Part shown: positions 20,991-31,335 of the stretch, one piece after another
Layout of the letters: each line of letters opens with the position of its first letter
Numbering within the stretch: position 1 is the first letter of the stretch
DNA from: Candidatus Omnitrophota bacterium
GTDB lineage: Bacteria; Omnitrophota; Gorgyraeia; Gygaellales; Profunditerraquicolaceae
Direction: 5' to 3'
DNA length: 64,000 nt
NCBI GenBank assembly: GCA_026387355.1
Contig: JAPLLW010000006.1
Coordinates: 23,362 to 87,361, forward strand
Notes under the pieces: model-generated
What the model saw: only the letters and a program-made list of their open reading frames with translations
The model's database searches: none
What the model was told of the DNA's origin: nothing
Program-made: the position numbers and the translations under genes

Positions 20991-22385
20991 ATGCCTATTT
21001 ATATATATAACTCCCTAACCCGAAAAAAAGAAGAATTTATTCCCTTAAAGCCGCCTGAGGTAAATATGTATACTTGCGGCGTTACAGTCTATGACGAAAG
21101 CCACATAGGGCATGCGCGTTCGCTTTATATTTTTGATGTAATAAGAAGGTACTTTGAGTATCGTAAATTCAAAGTTAACTTTGCGCGCAATCTTACCGAT
21201 ATCGATGATAAGATTATTAACCGGGCTAATGAATTAAAGGTTGATTGGCAGGAGCTTGTTGATAAATATATTAAAAGCTATTACGAAGATTTGAAATCCT
21301 TAGGGATATCAAAGGGCGATTTTGAGCCGCGGGCAACTGAGAATATAGCTGAGATGATTAAATATATTTCAGGCCTAATAGAAAAAGGCTATGCTTATGA
21401 GTCAGGGGGAGACGTATATTTTTCGGTTAGAAAGTTCGCAGGTTACGGTTCACTCTCTGGACAGAGTGTTGACGAAATGCAGAAAGGCGTAAGGATAGAC
21501 CCTAATGATCTTAAAAAAGATGCATTAGATTTTGCTCTTTGGAAGAGTTCGAAAGAATTTGAGCCGTTTTGGGAGAGCCCTTGGGGGAGAGGCCGCCCCG
21601 GTTGGCATATCGAATGCTCCGTAATGAGCCAGAAATTTCTTAAAACTAATACGCTAGATATTCATGCCGGAGGCCGCGATTTGATTTTTCCGCATCATGA
21701 AAATGAGATTGCGCAGGCAGAGGCTTTTACCGGTAAACCCTTTGCGAAATATTGGTTGCATCATGGCCTGTTGACTATCAATGGCCAGAAAATGTCAAAG
21801 TCTTTAGGTAATTTTGTAACCATAAAAGACTTTATGTTTAAATATAATAATCCGGATTTGCTAAAGCTATTCTTTTTATCTGCGCACTATGCCCATCCAG
21901 TTGATTATACTGATTCAAAGATAGAAGAGGCTCATCAGGCTCTGGAGAGGATAGTTATCTTTATTGATAAAACTAAAAATCTTAAGCCAAGCGCAGCTTT
22001 TAAGAATAATCCGAAAGAATTAGCAATTTTTAAGGAGAAGTTTATATTAAGCATGGATGATGATTTTAATTCGCCCGGGGCATTAGCGGCGATCTTTGAG
22101 TGCCTGAGTTTTGCGAATAAGAATATAGATAATCCGGATATTGCTTTAAGTGCAAGTATGCTTATTAAAGAGTTGCTTAATCTTTTAGGAATAACCCTTA
22201 AGCTTAATAAAGCGAATGAGATTCTTAGCGAGGAAGATATTAAATTGCAAGTAGATCGTAGGATTGCGGCTAAGCGCGCAAAGGATTATGCGCTTGCGGA
22301 TAAGATTAGAGTGGAGCTTGAAGTTAAAGAGGTAATTATAGAAGATCTTAAAGATGGCTCAACTGTTTGGCGCAGAAGACTATGA
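20991..22385 (+). CDS. cysS: Cysteine--tRNA ligase
   Basis: CGVTVYD, HIGH, PGWHIECS, KMSKS. Confidence 0.97.
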   Translation: MPIYIYNSLTRKKEEFIPLKPPEVNMYTCGVTVYDESHIGHARSLYIFDVIRRYFEYRKFKVNFARNLTDIDDKIINRANELKVDWQELVDKYIKSYYEDLKSLGISKGDFEPRATENIAEMIKYISGLIEKGYAYESGGDVYFSVRKFAGYGSLSGQSVDEMQKGVRIDPNDLKKDALDFALWKSSKEFEPFWESPWGRGRPGWHIECSVMSQKFLKTNTLDIHAGGRDLIFPHHENEIAQAEAFTGKPFAKYWLHHGLLTINGQKMSKSLGNFVTIKDFMFKYNNPDLLKLFFLSAHYAHPVDYTDSKIEEAHQALERIVIFIDKTKNLKPSAAFKNNPKELAIFKEKFILSMDDDFNSPGALAAIFECLSFANKNIDNPDIALSASMLIKELLNLLGITLKLNKANEILSEEDIKLQVDRRIAAKRAKDYALADKIRVELEVKEVIIEDLKDGSTVWRRRL

Positions 22386-22466
22386 GTTTATTTTCTTTAA
22401 ATTATTTTCTTGATTTGTATGGTTTGGTCTACTTCAAGAAAACTTCTTTATAGGGAGGTTTAATCG

Positions 22467-23093
22467 GTGAAAATAAAGGCAAAAGGAAAATTTATCACGT
22501 TTGAAGGCTCGGAGGGTTGCGGCAAAAGCACGCAATCAAGGCTCCTCTATGAATATTTAAAGGACAAGAACAAGGATGCAATCTATTTGCGTGAGCCGGG
22601 GGCAACTAAAATAAGCGAAAAGATTCGCGATATATTGCTTGATGCAAAGAATCAGGCAATTGTGCCTCAGACGGAGATGCTTTTATATATGGCAGCCAGG
22701 GCTCAGATAGTCGGAGAGATAATTGAGCCTGCGCTTGAGGAAGGTACAATTGTTATATGCGATCGTTTCCTTGATTCAACTCTAGCCTATCAAGGTTATG
22801 GCGTAGGCATTGATATTCCATTGATAAGAGAGGTGGGTAAGTTTGTCACCCGTCGCTTAAGCCCAGATCTAACTATTTTCTTGGATCTTCCCGTAAAGAA
22901 GGGGTTAAAGCATCGTGAGGATATTCAGGATCGTATTGAAATGCGCTCCCTTGAATACCACGAGCGCGTGCGTAAAGGGTACCTGGCATTGGCTAGGCAG
23001 GAGCCGAATAGGATTAAGATTGTTAAGGTAGAAGAAGATAAGCATGTTACCCAAAGTAATATAAGGGAATTGATAGAAAAATATGTCTTTTAA
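22467..23093 (+). CDS. tmk: Thymidylate kinase
   Basis: FEGSEGCGKST, REPG, DRF..S..AYQG. Confidence 0.95.
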   Translation: MKIKAKGKFITFEGSEGCGKSTQSRLLYEYLKDKNKDAIYLREPGATKISEKIRDILLDAKNQAIVPQTEMLLYMAARAQIVGEIIEPALEEGTIVICDRFLDSTLAYQGYGVGIDIPLIREVGKFVTRRLSPDLTIFLDLPVKKGLKHREDIQDRIEMRSLEYHERVRKGYLALARQEPNRIKIVKVEEDKHVTQSNIRELIEKYVF

Positions 23094-24042
23094 TGAAATT
23101 AAAGGTCAGGAACAAGCTATCCAGATCCTCAAGGCTTATTTAAACAATGAGCATCTTGCGGGAGGGTATGTCTTTACAGGGCCCGAAGGTGTGGGTAAGA
23201 GAATGGCTGCAAAGGCCCTGGCTAAAGGATTGAATTGTCAGGATAAAAACTTAAATGGTTGTTCTGTTTGTTCATCTTGCGTAAGAATAGAGAATAATCA
23301 GCATCCCGATGTGCATACAATTTCAAGCGATGAAGCGCAGATAAAAATAGATGCTGTGCGTCAGCTACAGAAAGAAATGAGCTTGAGGGCTTATGAGGGG
23401 GGATATAAGGTTTTTATCATCGACAATGCGCATACCCTTACTCCCGAAGCTTCAAATTGCCTGCTCAAGGTTTTGGAAGAACCTCCCAAGAATAATTTAA
23501 TTATTCTTATTACTGATAAACCAAGCCTGCTTTTTAAAACAATAACTTCACGTTGCAAGATTATTAAGTTTTTGCCATTTAAGAGGGAAAACCTGGAGAG
23601 TATTTTAGAGAATGACTATAAAATAGATAAGGATTACGCGCATTTTCTTGCCTATTTCTCTGAAGGACGGTTTGGCAGCGCTTTAAGATTTAAAGACGAT
23701 GAAGCATTGTCTAAAAGAAATAATATTATCGATAAATTTATCCTGGCCGCTAATCCTAGTGCCGAGCTCTTTGCATCGCAAAGTAGGGAGGATGTGCGTG
23801 GAGCGCTTAATTTCATGAGCTCCTGGTTTCGGGATATTTATATGCTTAAGATAGGCTGTTCAGAGAGAGATATTATTAATTCCGACAGAAGGGCGGATTT
23901 GAGTAAGCAGGCGCTTACTTTTTCATTTTTAGAGCTGGATAAGATATTAAATAATATTTCTGTTTCAATCTCGTATTTAGAGAAGAATGTAAACTCAAGA
24001 TTATTGATGTATAACCTGGGGATGGAATTATGGAAGGGATAG
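23083..24042 (+). CDS. holB: DNA polymerase III delta' subunit
   Basis: GPEGVGK, zinc cysteines, HPD, LLKVLEEPP, TI.SRC. Confidence 0.92.
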   Translation: MSFNEIKGQEQAIQILKAYLNNEHLAGGYVFTGPEGVGKRMAAKALAKGLNCQDKNLNGCSVCSSCVRIENNQHPDVHTISSDEAQIKIDAVRQLQKEMSLRAYEGGYKVFIIDNAHTLTPEASNCLLKVLEEPPKNNLIILITDKPSLLFKTITSRCKIIKFLPFKRENLESILENDYKIDKDYAHFLAYFSEGRFGSALRFKDDEALSKRNNIIDKFILAANPSAELFASQSREDVRGALNFMSSWFRDIYMLKIGCSERDIINSDRRADLSKQALTFSFLELDKILNNISVSISYLEKNVNSRLLMYNLGMELWKG

Positions 24043-24818
24043 TCTTTGTAAAGCTACGTGATTCAGGCCAAGTCTTTGCTTATAACTCAGGCGGCCTTGA
24101 GTTAAAAGATGGAAACTATGTTATTGTAGAGCATGATCGTGGCCAGGATTATGGTCAGGTAGTAACTTCTAGTGGGGTTGCAAAGGAAAAAGAAGGCAAA
24201 GAGGCCCCCAAGAGGATATTACGTATCGCTAAAGAATCCGACATTAAGCAGATTGATGATAATCGCTTAAAAGCAAAAGAGGCATTTAATTCTTGCGTTA
24301 AGAAGATAGAAGAGCATAAACTTGATATGAAGCTTGTGCAGGCAGAATATTCTTTTGACCGCTCAAAGATAATCTTTTATTTTACCGCAAACGGTAGAGT
24401 GGATTTCAGGAACCTGGTTAAAGACCTGGCTAAGATCTTCAAGGCCAGGATTGAATTGAGGCAAATTGGAGTTCGTGATGAAGCCAGATTTTTCGGCGGA
24501 TTCGGACCATGCGGCAGAGAACTTTGTTGCGCCCGTTTCTTAAAAGATTTTGAGCCGGTAACTATTAAAATGGCTAAAGAAGAGGGCCTATCTTTGAACC
24601 CTCCTAAGATCTCCGGAATCTGCGGAAGGCTGATGTGCTGTCTTTCTTTTGAATACGAAAGCTATAAATTGCTTTCTAAGGGCCTGCCTCATGAGGGCGA
24701 GCATGTGCATACTGCGCAAGGCAAGGGTAAGGTTATTAATGTGAATGTCTTTAAGCGCATAGTCAGTGTGCAACTGGACGACGGCGGGTTAATGCAGGTA
24801 AATTACAAAGATAAATAA
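24030..24818 (+). CDS. yaaT: PSP1-domain protein YaaT/RicT
   Basis: RVDFR.LVK, GPCGRELCC, SGICGRLMCCL. Confidence 0.88.
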   Translation: MEGIVFVKLRDSGQVFAYNSGGLELKDGNYVIVEHDRGQDYGQVVTSSGVAKEKEGKEAPKRILRIAKESDIKQIDDNRLKAKEAFNSCVKKIEEHKLDMKLVQAEYSFDRSKIIFYFTANGRVDFRNLVKDLAKIFKARIELRQIGVRDEARFFGGFGPCGRELCCARFLKDFEPVTIKMAKEEGLSLNPPKISGICGRLMCCLSFEYESYKLLSKGLPHEGEHVHTAQGKGKVINVNVFKRIVSVQLDDGGLMQVNYKDK

Positions 24819-24819
24819 G

Positions 24820-26325
24820 ATGGCAGATAAATTTTATATTACGACTCCGCTTTATTATGTGAATGCTTCTCCGCATATCGGACATTCCTATACCAATATT
24901 GCAGCGGATACCGTAGCCCGTTTTATGCGCAATCTTTTAGGTCATGACAAGGTTTGGTTTCTCACTGGAACTGATGAACATGGTCAGAAGATTCAAAAGG
25001 CAGCTGATCTTCTTAAGTTATCCCCGAAAGAGTTTGCGGATAAGATGGTCTTAAAATTCGAGGATTTATGGAAAGAGCTAAATATCTCGCAAGACGATTT
25101 TATCCGTACAACCGAGCCTAGGCATATAAAGACGGTTCAGAAAGTACTGGATATTCTTTATAAGCAAGGCGATATATACGAGGATAAATATGAAGGATTA
25201 TATTGCACTCCTTGTGAGACTTTTTGGCTTGAGTCGCAGGTAGAGAATCAATTATGCCCTGATTGCAAGCGCCAGCTTGATAAGATAAGCGAGAAGAATT
25301 ATTTCTTTAAGTTAACAAAATATCAGTCGTGGCTTATTCAATATATAAAAGATCATGCGGATTTTATCAAGCCCAGAACGCGACAGGAAGAGGTGGAAAG
25401 GTTCCTGGAGCTAAATAAATTAAATGATTTATGCATATCCCGCCCAAAGGAGCGCTTGAGCTGGGGGATACCTTTGCCGTTTGCTCCGGGGCATGTTACT
25501 TATGTCTGGTTTGACGCCCTGATAAACTATATTAGCGCGGTTGGGATATTTAATGACCAGGATAAATATCAATCCAAATGGTGGCCGGCAGATTTACAGC
25601 TTATCGGTAAGGATATTCTAAGGCAGCATGCGGTTTACTGGCCGATTATGCTCCATGCGCTTGGATTAGAGTTGCCTAAAACAGTCTTTGCCCACGGATG
25701 GTGGATGATTAACGATGATAAGATGTCTAAATCGCGCGGTAATGTCATTAACCCGCTTGATATGGTTAAGAAGTACGGCATAGATGTGTACAGGTATTTT
25801 CTTTTACGCGATGTTCCCTTTGGCCTGGACGGAAATTTCTCCGAAGAATCGATAACTAAACGTTATAACAGCGATTTGGCTAATGATTTAGGTAATTTGC
25901 TATACCGTACGTTGAATATGGTAGAAAAATATTTTGCAGGCAAAGTCCCGCAAGTAATAGAGTTTCGTAATCCTCAAGCTAGAATAATAATTGAGAAGTC
26001 CGAGCGGTTATTAAACAAAATTGAAACAAATATTGGTTTAGGGCAAGATTATAATTTCAGCGCTTCCTTAGAAGGAATCTGGGAGGTAATAAATCTGGCA
26101 AATAAGTATGTTGAGGAGACAAAGCCCTGGAATCTGGCTAAAGAAGAAAAGACAGATGAGCTCAAAGAGTTTATAGCATTATTGGTTAATGTAATCAGAA
26201 ATGTTGGACAGGTAATTTCTCCTTTTATGCCGCAAACCGCTTTAAGTATAGAGGAACAGATCGGTAAAAGTGAAGTTAAGAAAGATTTGCCGCTTTTCCC
26301 GCGCATTGAAATAAACAAAGAATAA
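24820..26325 (+). CDS. metG: Methionine--tRNA ligase (short form)
   Basis: YYVN..PHIGH, GTDEHG, YVWFDAL, KMSKS. Confidence 0.96.
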   Translation: MADKFYITTPLYYVNASPHIGHSYTNIAADTVARFMRNLLGHDKVWFLTGTDEHGQKIQKAADLLKLSPKEFADKMVLKFEDLWKELNISQDDFIRTTEPRHIKTVQKVLDILYKQGDIYEDKYEGLYCTPCETFWLESQVENQLCPDCKRQLDKISEKNYFFKLTKYQSWLIQYIKDHADFIKPRTRQEEVERFLELNKLNDLCISRPKERLSWGIPLPFAPGHVTYVWFDALINYISAVGIFNDQDKYQSKWWPADLQLIGKDILRQHAVYWPIMLHALGLELPKTVFAHGWWMINDDKMSKSRGNVINPLDMVKKYGIDVYRYFLLRDVPFGLDGNFSEESITKRYNSDLANDLGNLLYRTLNMVEKYFAGKVPQVIEFRNPQARIIIEKSERLLNKIETNIGLGQDYNFSASLEGIWEVINLANKYVEETKPWNLAKEEKTDELKEFIALLVNVIRNVGQVISPFMPQTALSIEEQIGKSEVKKDLPLFPRIEINKE

Positions 26326-26334
26326 AACCAAGGT

Positions 26335-27099
26335 ATGTTTTTAGTAGATACACACTGCCATCTTGATTTTCCAGAATTTGACCATGATAGGGATGAGGTT
26401 ATCAGGCGCGCTCATCTTGAGGGGGTAGAGCGTATAATCAATATCGGCTCAAGCCTCGAGGGCTCTAGGAGGTCGGTGGAGCTTGCGCAAAAATACGATT
26501 CTCTTTATGCAACAGTCGGAATCCATCCTCACGAAGCAGACCATATTGTTCAAGGCTCAGCCGATTCCATAAAGAAGCTAGCTAGGCAGAATAAGGTTGT
26601 GGCTATTGGAGAGATAGGCCTGGATTATTTTAAACAATTTTCTAGCCCTAAGAATCAACTGCCGTTATTCTTAAGCTTACTTAAGGTGGCTAAAGAATTA
26701 GATCTGCCCATAGTTATACACTCAAGGGATGCTAAGGAAGACATTTTAAGGATCTTAAAAGAAGCTATGCCGATTAAAGCAGTTGTGCATTGTTTTTCCG
26801 GAGATAGTAAGTTCTTAGAGGAGTGTCTTGATTTAGGTTTTCTGATTTCTTTTACCTGCAATGTTACGTATAAAAAAGCGGATAATTTAAGGGAGTTGCT
26901 TAAGATTATTCCTTTAAGAAGTTTATTGCTTGAGACAGACGCCCCCTATTTATCTCCGGAAGGTTTTCGCGGTAAACGTAATGAACCGGCGCAGGTTCGG
27001 TTACTTGCTGAATTTGTGGCAAATTTAAAGAAAGTAGAATTAGAAGAGATCGCTAATTCTACAACGGAAAATGCCAAGAAGTTTTTTAATCTAATATGA
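26335..27099 (+). CDS. tatD: TatD-family nuclease
   Basis: DTHCH, GIHPH, GEIGLD, HCFSG, ETDAPY. Confidence 0.93.
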   Translation: MFLVDTHCHLDFPEFDHDRDEVIRRAHLEGVERIINIGSSLEGSRRSVELAQKYDSLYATVGIHPHEADHIVQGSADSIKKLARQNKVVAIGEIGLDYFKQFSSPKNQLPLFLSLLKVAKELDLPIVIHSRDAKEDILRILKEAMPIKAVVHCFSGDSKFLEECLDLGFLISFTCNVTYKKADNLRELLKIIPLRSLLLETDAPYLSPEGFRGKRNEPAQVRLLAEFVANLKKVELEEIANSTTENAKKFFNLI

Positions 27100-28217
27100 A
27101 TTCCCGGGTAAGTATTGTTAAATGCGCTAATTATGATTCTGCCCTGGTTGAAGCAGCGATTAGAGAGGTCATAGATTTAATCGGTGGAATAAATCGCTAC
27201 ATTAAGCCGCAGTCGAAAGTTTTAATAAAGCCGAATATCCTCATGGGTAAGGAGCCGGAGTCTGGTATTGATACGCATCCTGAAGTGGTGCGTGCGGTAA
27301 TCAGGGTCTTAAAAGATATTAATTGCCGTATTTTTGTAGGAGATAGCCCAAGTGTCTGGGGAAAAGAGATAGAGAATGTGGATGAGGTTTACCGCAGGAG
27401 CGGGATTGCTTCAATTTGTCAGGAAGAATGTGTGAAGTTGGTTAAGTTTGATAAAAGGCGGATGCGTAAGAATTTTCCGTTGACTACTTGGTTAGATGAA
27501 TGTGATTATTTAATAAATCTACCGAAGTTTAAAACCCATGAGTTAACTTTGCTTACCGGAGGGATAAAGAATTTATTCGGCTTAGTCTGCGGTACTTTTA
27601 AGACTGAGCTGCACAAGAATTATTTTCAAGTCAATGATTTCTCAAGGATGCTTGTGGATATATACGAAGAAGTAAAGCCTGCCCTGACTATAATAGATGG
27701 AGTTATCGCGATGGAAGGGGACGGCCCGGCATCAAGCGGTAAGTTAAGAAATTTGGGGTTGTTATTGGCGAGCAGTGATTGTGTTGCCTTGGATAGCGCA
27801 ATGGCCAAGATCATCGGCGTTAACCCGCTTGATGTATTAACTACTAAACATGCATCAGAGAGGAATCTTGGTCGAGCTGATTTAAATTCTATAGAGATCT
27901 TGGGAGAGAGCTTGCCTGATTTAAAAATCCGTCCATTTTTATTGCCATCAAGTTCGCAGCTGAGTAAGAACTTACCTGAGCCGCTTATTAATTTAGCTAA
28001 GAGGTTGATCAAGTACCGTCCTTATCCGCTGCCAAAGAATTGCACTAGATGCGCTGCTTGTATTAAAATATGTCCTCACAATTGTATCAGCATGGAGAAG
28101 CAGGGGATCGTTTTTGATTATAAGAAATGCATAGCTTGTTTCTGTTGCCAGGAGGCATGTTCTTCTGCGGCAATAAAGGTGAAAAAAAGTATCATAGCTA
28201 GATTAATTGGATTATAG
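27096..28217 (+). CDS. DUF362 protein with C-terminal 2x[4Fe-4S] domain
   Basis: VLIKPN, PKFKTH, MEGDGP, CxxCxxCxxxCP and CxxCxxCxxxC. Confidence 0.85.
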   Translation: MNSRVSIVKCANYDSALVEAAIREVIDLIGGINRYIKPQSKVLIKPNILMGKEPESGIDTHPEVVRAVIRVLKDINCRIFVGDSPSVWGKEIENVDEVYRRSGIASICQEECVKLVKFDKRRMRKNFPLTTWLDECDYLINLPKFKTHELTLLTGGIKNLFGLVCGTFKTELHKNYFQVNDFSRMLVDIYEEVKPALTIIDGVIAMEGDGPASSGKLRNLGLLLASSDCVALDSAMAKIIGVNPLDVLTTKHASERNLGRADLNSIEILGESLPDLKIRPFLLPSSSQLSKNLPEPLINLAKRLIKYRPYPLPKNCTRCAACIKICPHNCISMEKQGIVFDYKKCIACFCCQEACSSAAIKVKKSIIARLIGL

Positions 28218-28228
28218 GGCTAAAACAA

Positions 28229-29299
28229 ATGAATATCCGCACAATAGAGTGGGAAAATAATAAGGTCAAATTGATTGACCAGACAAAGCTGCCGCAAAGA
28301 TTGGAGTATCTCTATATTGATGAGCTTAAAGATCTATGGCAGGCAATAAAATTATTAAAAGTGCGTGGTGCTCCGGCATTAGGCGCAGCAGGGGCCCTGG
28401 GAGTTTATCTTGGCATAAGAAATTCCAAGGCAAATAATTTTATGCAATTCTCTAAGGATTTAGAACGAGTTTCAAGTTATCTAGCTAGTTCAAGGCCCAC
28501 GGCAAGAAATCTTTTTTGGGCGATAGATAGGATGCATGAGGTTGTTTTTGAAAATAGTGATATGAGCGTCCCTAAACTAAAGGAGTTACTCTTTGAAGAG
28601 GCGGATAAGATTATTAAAGAAGATATGGCTAGTTGTCGTAAGATAGGTTTCTATGGCAGCAGGGTAATTAAAGACAAAGATGCAGTACTTACTATTTGCA
28701 ACGCAGGAATACTGGCGACTATTGATTATGGTACGGCGCTGGGTGTTATTTATCGCGCGAAAGAGGATAACAAGGAGATAAGGGTTTTTTCATGTGAAAC
28801 CAGGCCTTTGTTACAGGGTTCGCGTCTGACTGCTTGGGAACTTAAGAAGGTGGGTGTTGATGTTACGGTTATTTGCGACAATATGGCTGCAACCCTGATG
28901 CAAAAAGGCAAGATTAATGTAGTTATTACCGGGGCTGATAGGATTGCAGCAAATGGCGATTCCGCTAATAAAATAGGCACTTTTAGTCTTGCGGTCCTAG
29001 CGAAGTATCATAATATTCCTTTTTATGTAGCCGCACCCGTATCAACATTTGATCTTACACTTAAAAGTGGAAAAGAAATCCCAATCGAAGAGCGCAATCC
29101 ACGCGAGATAGAAGAGCTTTTGTTTAAGAAAAGAGTCGCTCCAATAGGTGCAAAGGTTTTTAACCCTGCTTTTGATGTAACTCCTCATAATTTGATTACC
29201 GGACTTATTACTGATAAAGGAATTATAAGGCCGCAGTATATAAAGAATATTGATAGGGTAGTTAGCTTGTCTGCCGGTAGGCAGGTAGGTAGTAGATAG
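28229..29299 (+). CDS. mtnA: S-methyl-5-thioribose-1-phosphate isomerase
   Basis: DQTKLP, VRGAPA, RPTARNL, ETRP, GADRI, NKIGT, NPAFDVTP. Confidence 0.93.
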   Translation: MNIRTIEWENNKVKLIDQTKLPQRLEYLYIDELKDLWQAIKLLKVRGAPALGAAGALGVYLGIRNSKANNFMQFSKDLERVSSYLASSRPTARNLFWAIDRMHEVVFENSDMSVPKLKELLFEEADKIIKEDMASCRKIGFYGSRVIKDKDAVLTICNAGILATIDYGTALGVIYRAKEDNKEIRVFSCETRPLLQGSRLTAWELKKVGVDVTVICDNMAATLMQKGKINVVITGADRIAANGDSANKIGTFSLAVLAKYHNIPFYVAAPVSTFDLTLKSGKEIPIEERNPREIEELLFKKRVAPIGAKVFNPAFDVTPHNLITGLITDKGIIRPQYIKNIDRVVSLSAGRQVGSR

Positions 29300-29306
29300 T
29301 AGTTAG
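29266..29306. repeat. 20-nt wobble palindrome followed by three TAGNTAG heptamers, overlapping the mtnA 3' end
   Basis: CTTGTCTGCCGGTAGGCAGG then TAGGTAG TAGATAG TAGTTAG. Confidence 0.7.
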
Positions 29307-29314
29307 GAGCGAAG

Positions 29315-30211
29315 ATGACAGTGAAAGATATAGGGGAATTTAAGCTTATTGAGAGATTTAGCAATAAGCTCAAGACCGATTCTACGGTGGTCAAGGGTAG
29401 CGGAGATGATTGTGCTGTTTTAAAATTGGATGCACGAAGTTATCAGCTTCTTACCTGTGACATGCTCGTCGAGGGTATAGATTTTACACCGAAAATTGAT
29501 CCTTATCTTGTGGGCAGGAAATCAATTGCTGTTTCTATCAGCGATATTGCGGCTTGTTCGGGGCAGCCGCGTTACTGCGTTGTTTCAATGGGTATCCCCA
29601 AAAAAACATCCGTAAAATTACTGGATAGACTTTTTAAGGGAATGTTAGATATCGCTAAAGAATTTAAAATTAATATAGTTGGCGGAGATATAAGCCAAAG
29701 CCCTAAGATTACCATCGACGTAAGCATGTTGGGGAGAGTAGAAAAGAAGAATCTTACTTTAAGAAGTAGTGCTAGATCAGGAGACCTAATCTTTGTTACC
29801 GGTTCTCTCGGTGGATCTATTTCCGGTAAACATCTTAAATTTATCCCGCGCATAAATGAGGCAAGATTCCTGGCTAAAGAATTCAAGGTTAATGCCATGA
29901 TTGATATCTCTGATGGTTTAAGCCAGGATTTAGCGCATATACTAAAACAGAGTAAAGTTGGGGCGATAATCTATGAAGACCTTATCCCCATGGATGAGAA
30001 GTCAACTAGTTTATCCGATGCTTTAAATAGCGGAGAGGATTTTGAGCTTCTATTTACTATGAGTCGTAAAATTGCTAAGAGACTCTTGAAGAGAAATCTT
30101 GTCAATTTTAAGCCTATCGGAGAAATAGTAGGAGAGAAATACGGTTTCACACTGATAAATAAAGACGGTAAACCCATAAAGATCTCACCCAAAGGCTATC
30201 GTCACTTTTAA
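29315..30211 (+). CDS. thiL: Thiamine-monophosphate kinase
   Basis: GEF.LI, GDDCA, SDIAA, GGD, DISDGL, GEDFEL. Confidence 0.93.
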   Translation: MTVKDIGEFKLIERFSNKLKTDSTVVKGSGDDCAVLKLDARSYQLLTCDMLVEGIDFTPKIDPYLVGRKSIAVSISDIAACSGQPRYCVVSMGIPKKTSVKLLDRLFKGMLDIAKEFKINIVGGDISQSPKITIDVSMLGRVEKKNLTLRSSARSGDLIFVTGSLGGSISGKHLKFIPRINEARFLAKEFKVNAMIDISDGLSQDLAHILKQSKVGAIIYEDLIPMDEKSTSLSDALNSGEDFELLFTMSRKIAKRLLKRNLVNFKPIGEIVGEKYGFTLINKDGKPIKISPKGYRHF

Positions 30212-30212
30212 A

Positions 30213-30683
30213 ATGCAGATACGCTCGCACTCAGCTGCAAATACTTTAAATCTTGGTAAAATTATTGCCCGGCATCTTCAACCCAAAGACATAATCTGTC
30301 TTAAGGGTGAGCTTGGCACAGGTAAGACCGTTCTGACCAAGGGTATTGCCCATGGTCTCGGCGTTGATAAGTCCAAAGTAACTAGCTCTTCTTTTGTCCT
30401 CATACGTCAGCATTTAGAGGGGAGGGTCCCTTTGTATCATTTTGATCTTTATCGCCTTAAGGACGCAGCCTGTATATCTACGTTAGGCTATGAAGAGTAT
30501 TTTTATGATGAAGGGGTATCGGTTATTGAATGGGCAGAGAGGTTAGATTATCTTATGCCCGCTGAATATCTTATGGTAGAATTATGCTACGGTGCAAATA
30601 CTAACAGGGTTATAAAATTTTCAGCAGTAGGTAAACGCTACATTAGCTTGCTTAAGAAAATATATGAAAATATTAGGCATTGA
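30213..30683 (+). CDS. tsaE: t6A biosynthesis ATPase TsaE
   Basis: GELGTGKT, HFDLYRL, IEWA. Confidence 0.93.
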   Translation: MQIRSHSAANTLNLGKIIARHLQPKDIICLKGELGTGKTVLTKGIAHGLGVDKSKVTSSSFVLIRQHLEGRVPLYHFDLYRLKDAACISTLGYEEYFYDEGVSVIEWAERLDYLMPAEYLMVELCYGANTNRVIKFSAVGKRYISLLKKIYENIRH

Positions 30684-31335
30684 TACATCGACCAAGTTTT
30701 TAAGCCTCGGTATTTACAATGATGGCAAGGTATATGAATATAACTTGGAGGTGGGACATAAGTTATCTTCGTTGCTTACTCTCCTTATTAAGAGGGCAAT
30801 TAATGCCGCCGCCTTAGAGGTTGGTGATTTTGATTATTTTGCCTGTGGTTTGGGCCCGGGATCTTTTACTGGTATACGCGTTGGGCTAAGTGCTATAAAG
30901 GGCTTGAGTTGGGCAACAGGAAAGCCTGTAATCGGCATATCCACTCTTGATATAATGGCTCTAAATGCAGAAAGCAAAGCTAAGATTATCTGTCCGGTTA
31001 TTGACGCTAAAAGAAATTTAATTTACTCATGTTTCTATAAGTTTGTATCCGGGAAACTCAAGAAGATTACTCCCTATATGCTTCTTTCAAAAGAAGAGCT
31101 ATGCAAGAAGTTGAAGCCTCAGAGCGCAGTATTCGGGGATGCGCTTAATTTATACAAAGAAGAAATCTTAAAGGAGACGCCCGGCCTCACCATGCTAGAT
31201 AAAGACCAGTGGTACCCTTTGCCACATAATATTATCAAGATTGCTTTAGGCCGTATTAAAGATAAATTATTGGATGACCCTGTTAAGATTAATCCGATAT
31301 ATCTATACCCTAAGGATTGTCAGGTGAGTAAGTGA
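30664..31335 (+). CDS. tsaB: t6A biosynthesis protein TsaB
   Basis: GIDTS, GPGSFTGIR, IDAKR, PIYL. Confidence 0.93.
   Translation: MKILGIDTSTKFLSLGIYNDGKVYEYNLEVGHKLSSLLTLLIKRAINAAALEVGDFDYFACGLGPGSFTGIRVGLSAIKGLSWATGKPVIGISTLDIMALNAESKAKIICPVIDAKRNLIYSCFYKFVSGKLKKITPYMLLSKEELCKKLKPQSAVFGDALNLYKEEILKETPGLTMLDKDQWYPLPHNIIKIALGRIKDKLLDDPVKINPIYLYPKDCQVSK

Noticed and set aside
22382-22453. 23-codon ORF (MSLFSLNYFLDLYGLVYFKKTSL) overlapping the cysS stop
   Set aside because: Too short and without recognisable features; it could be a remnant or coupling peptide but cannot be supported.
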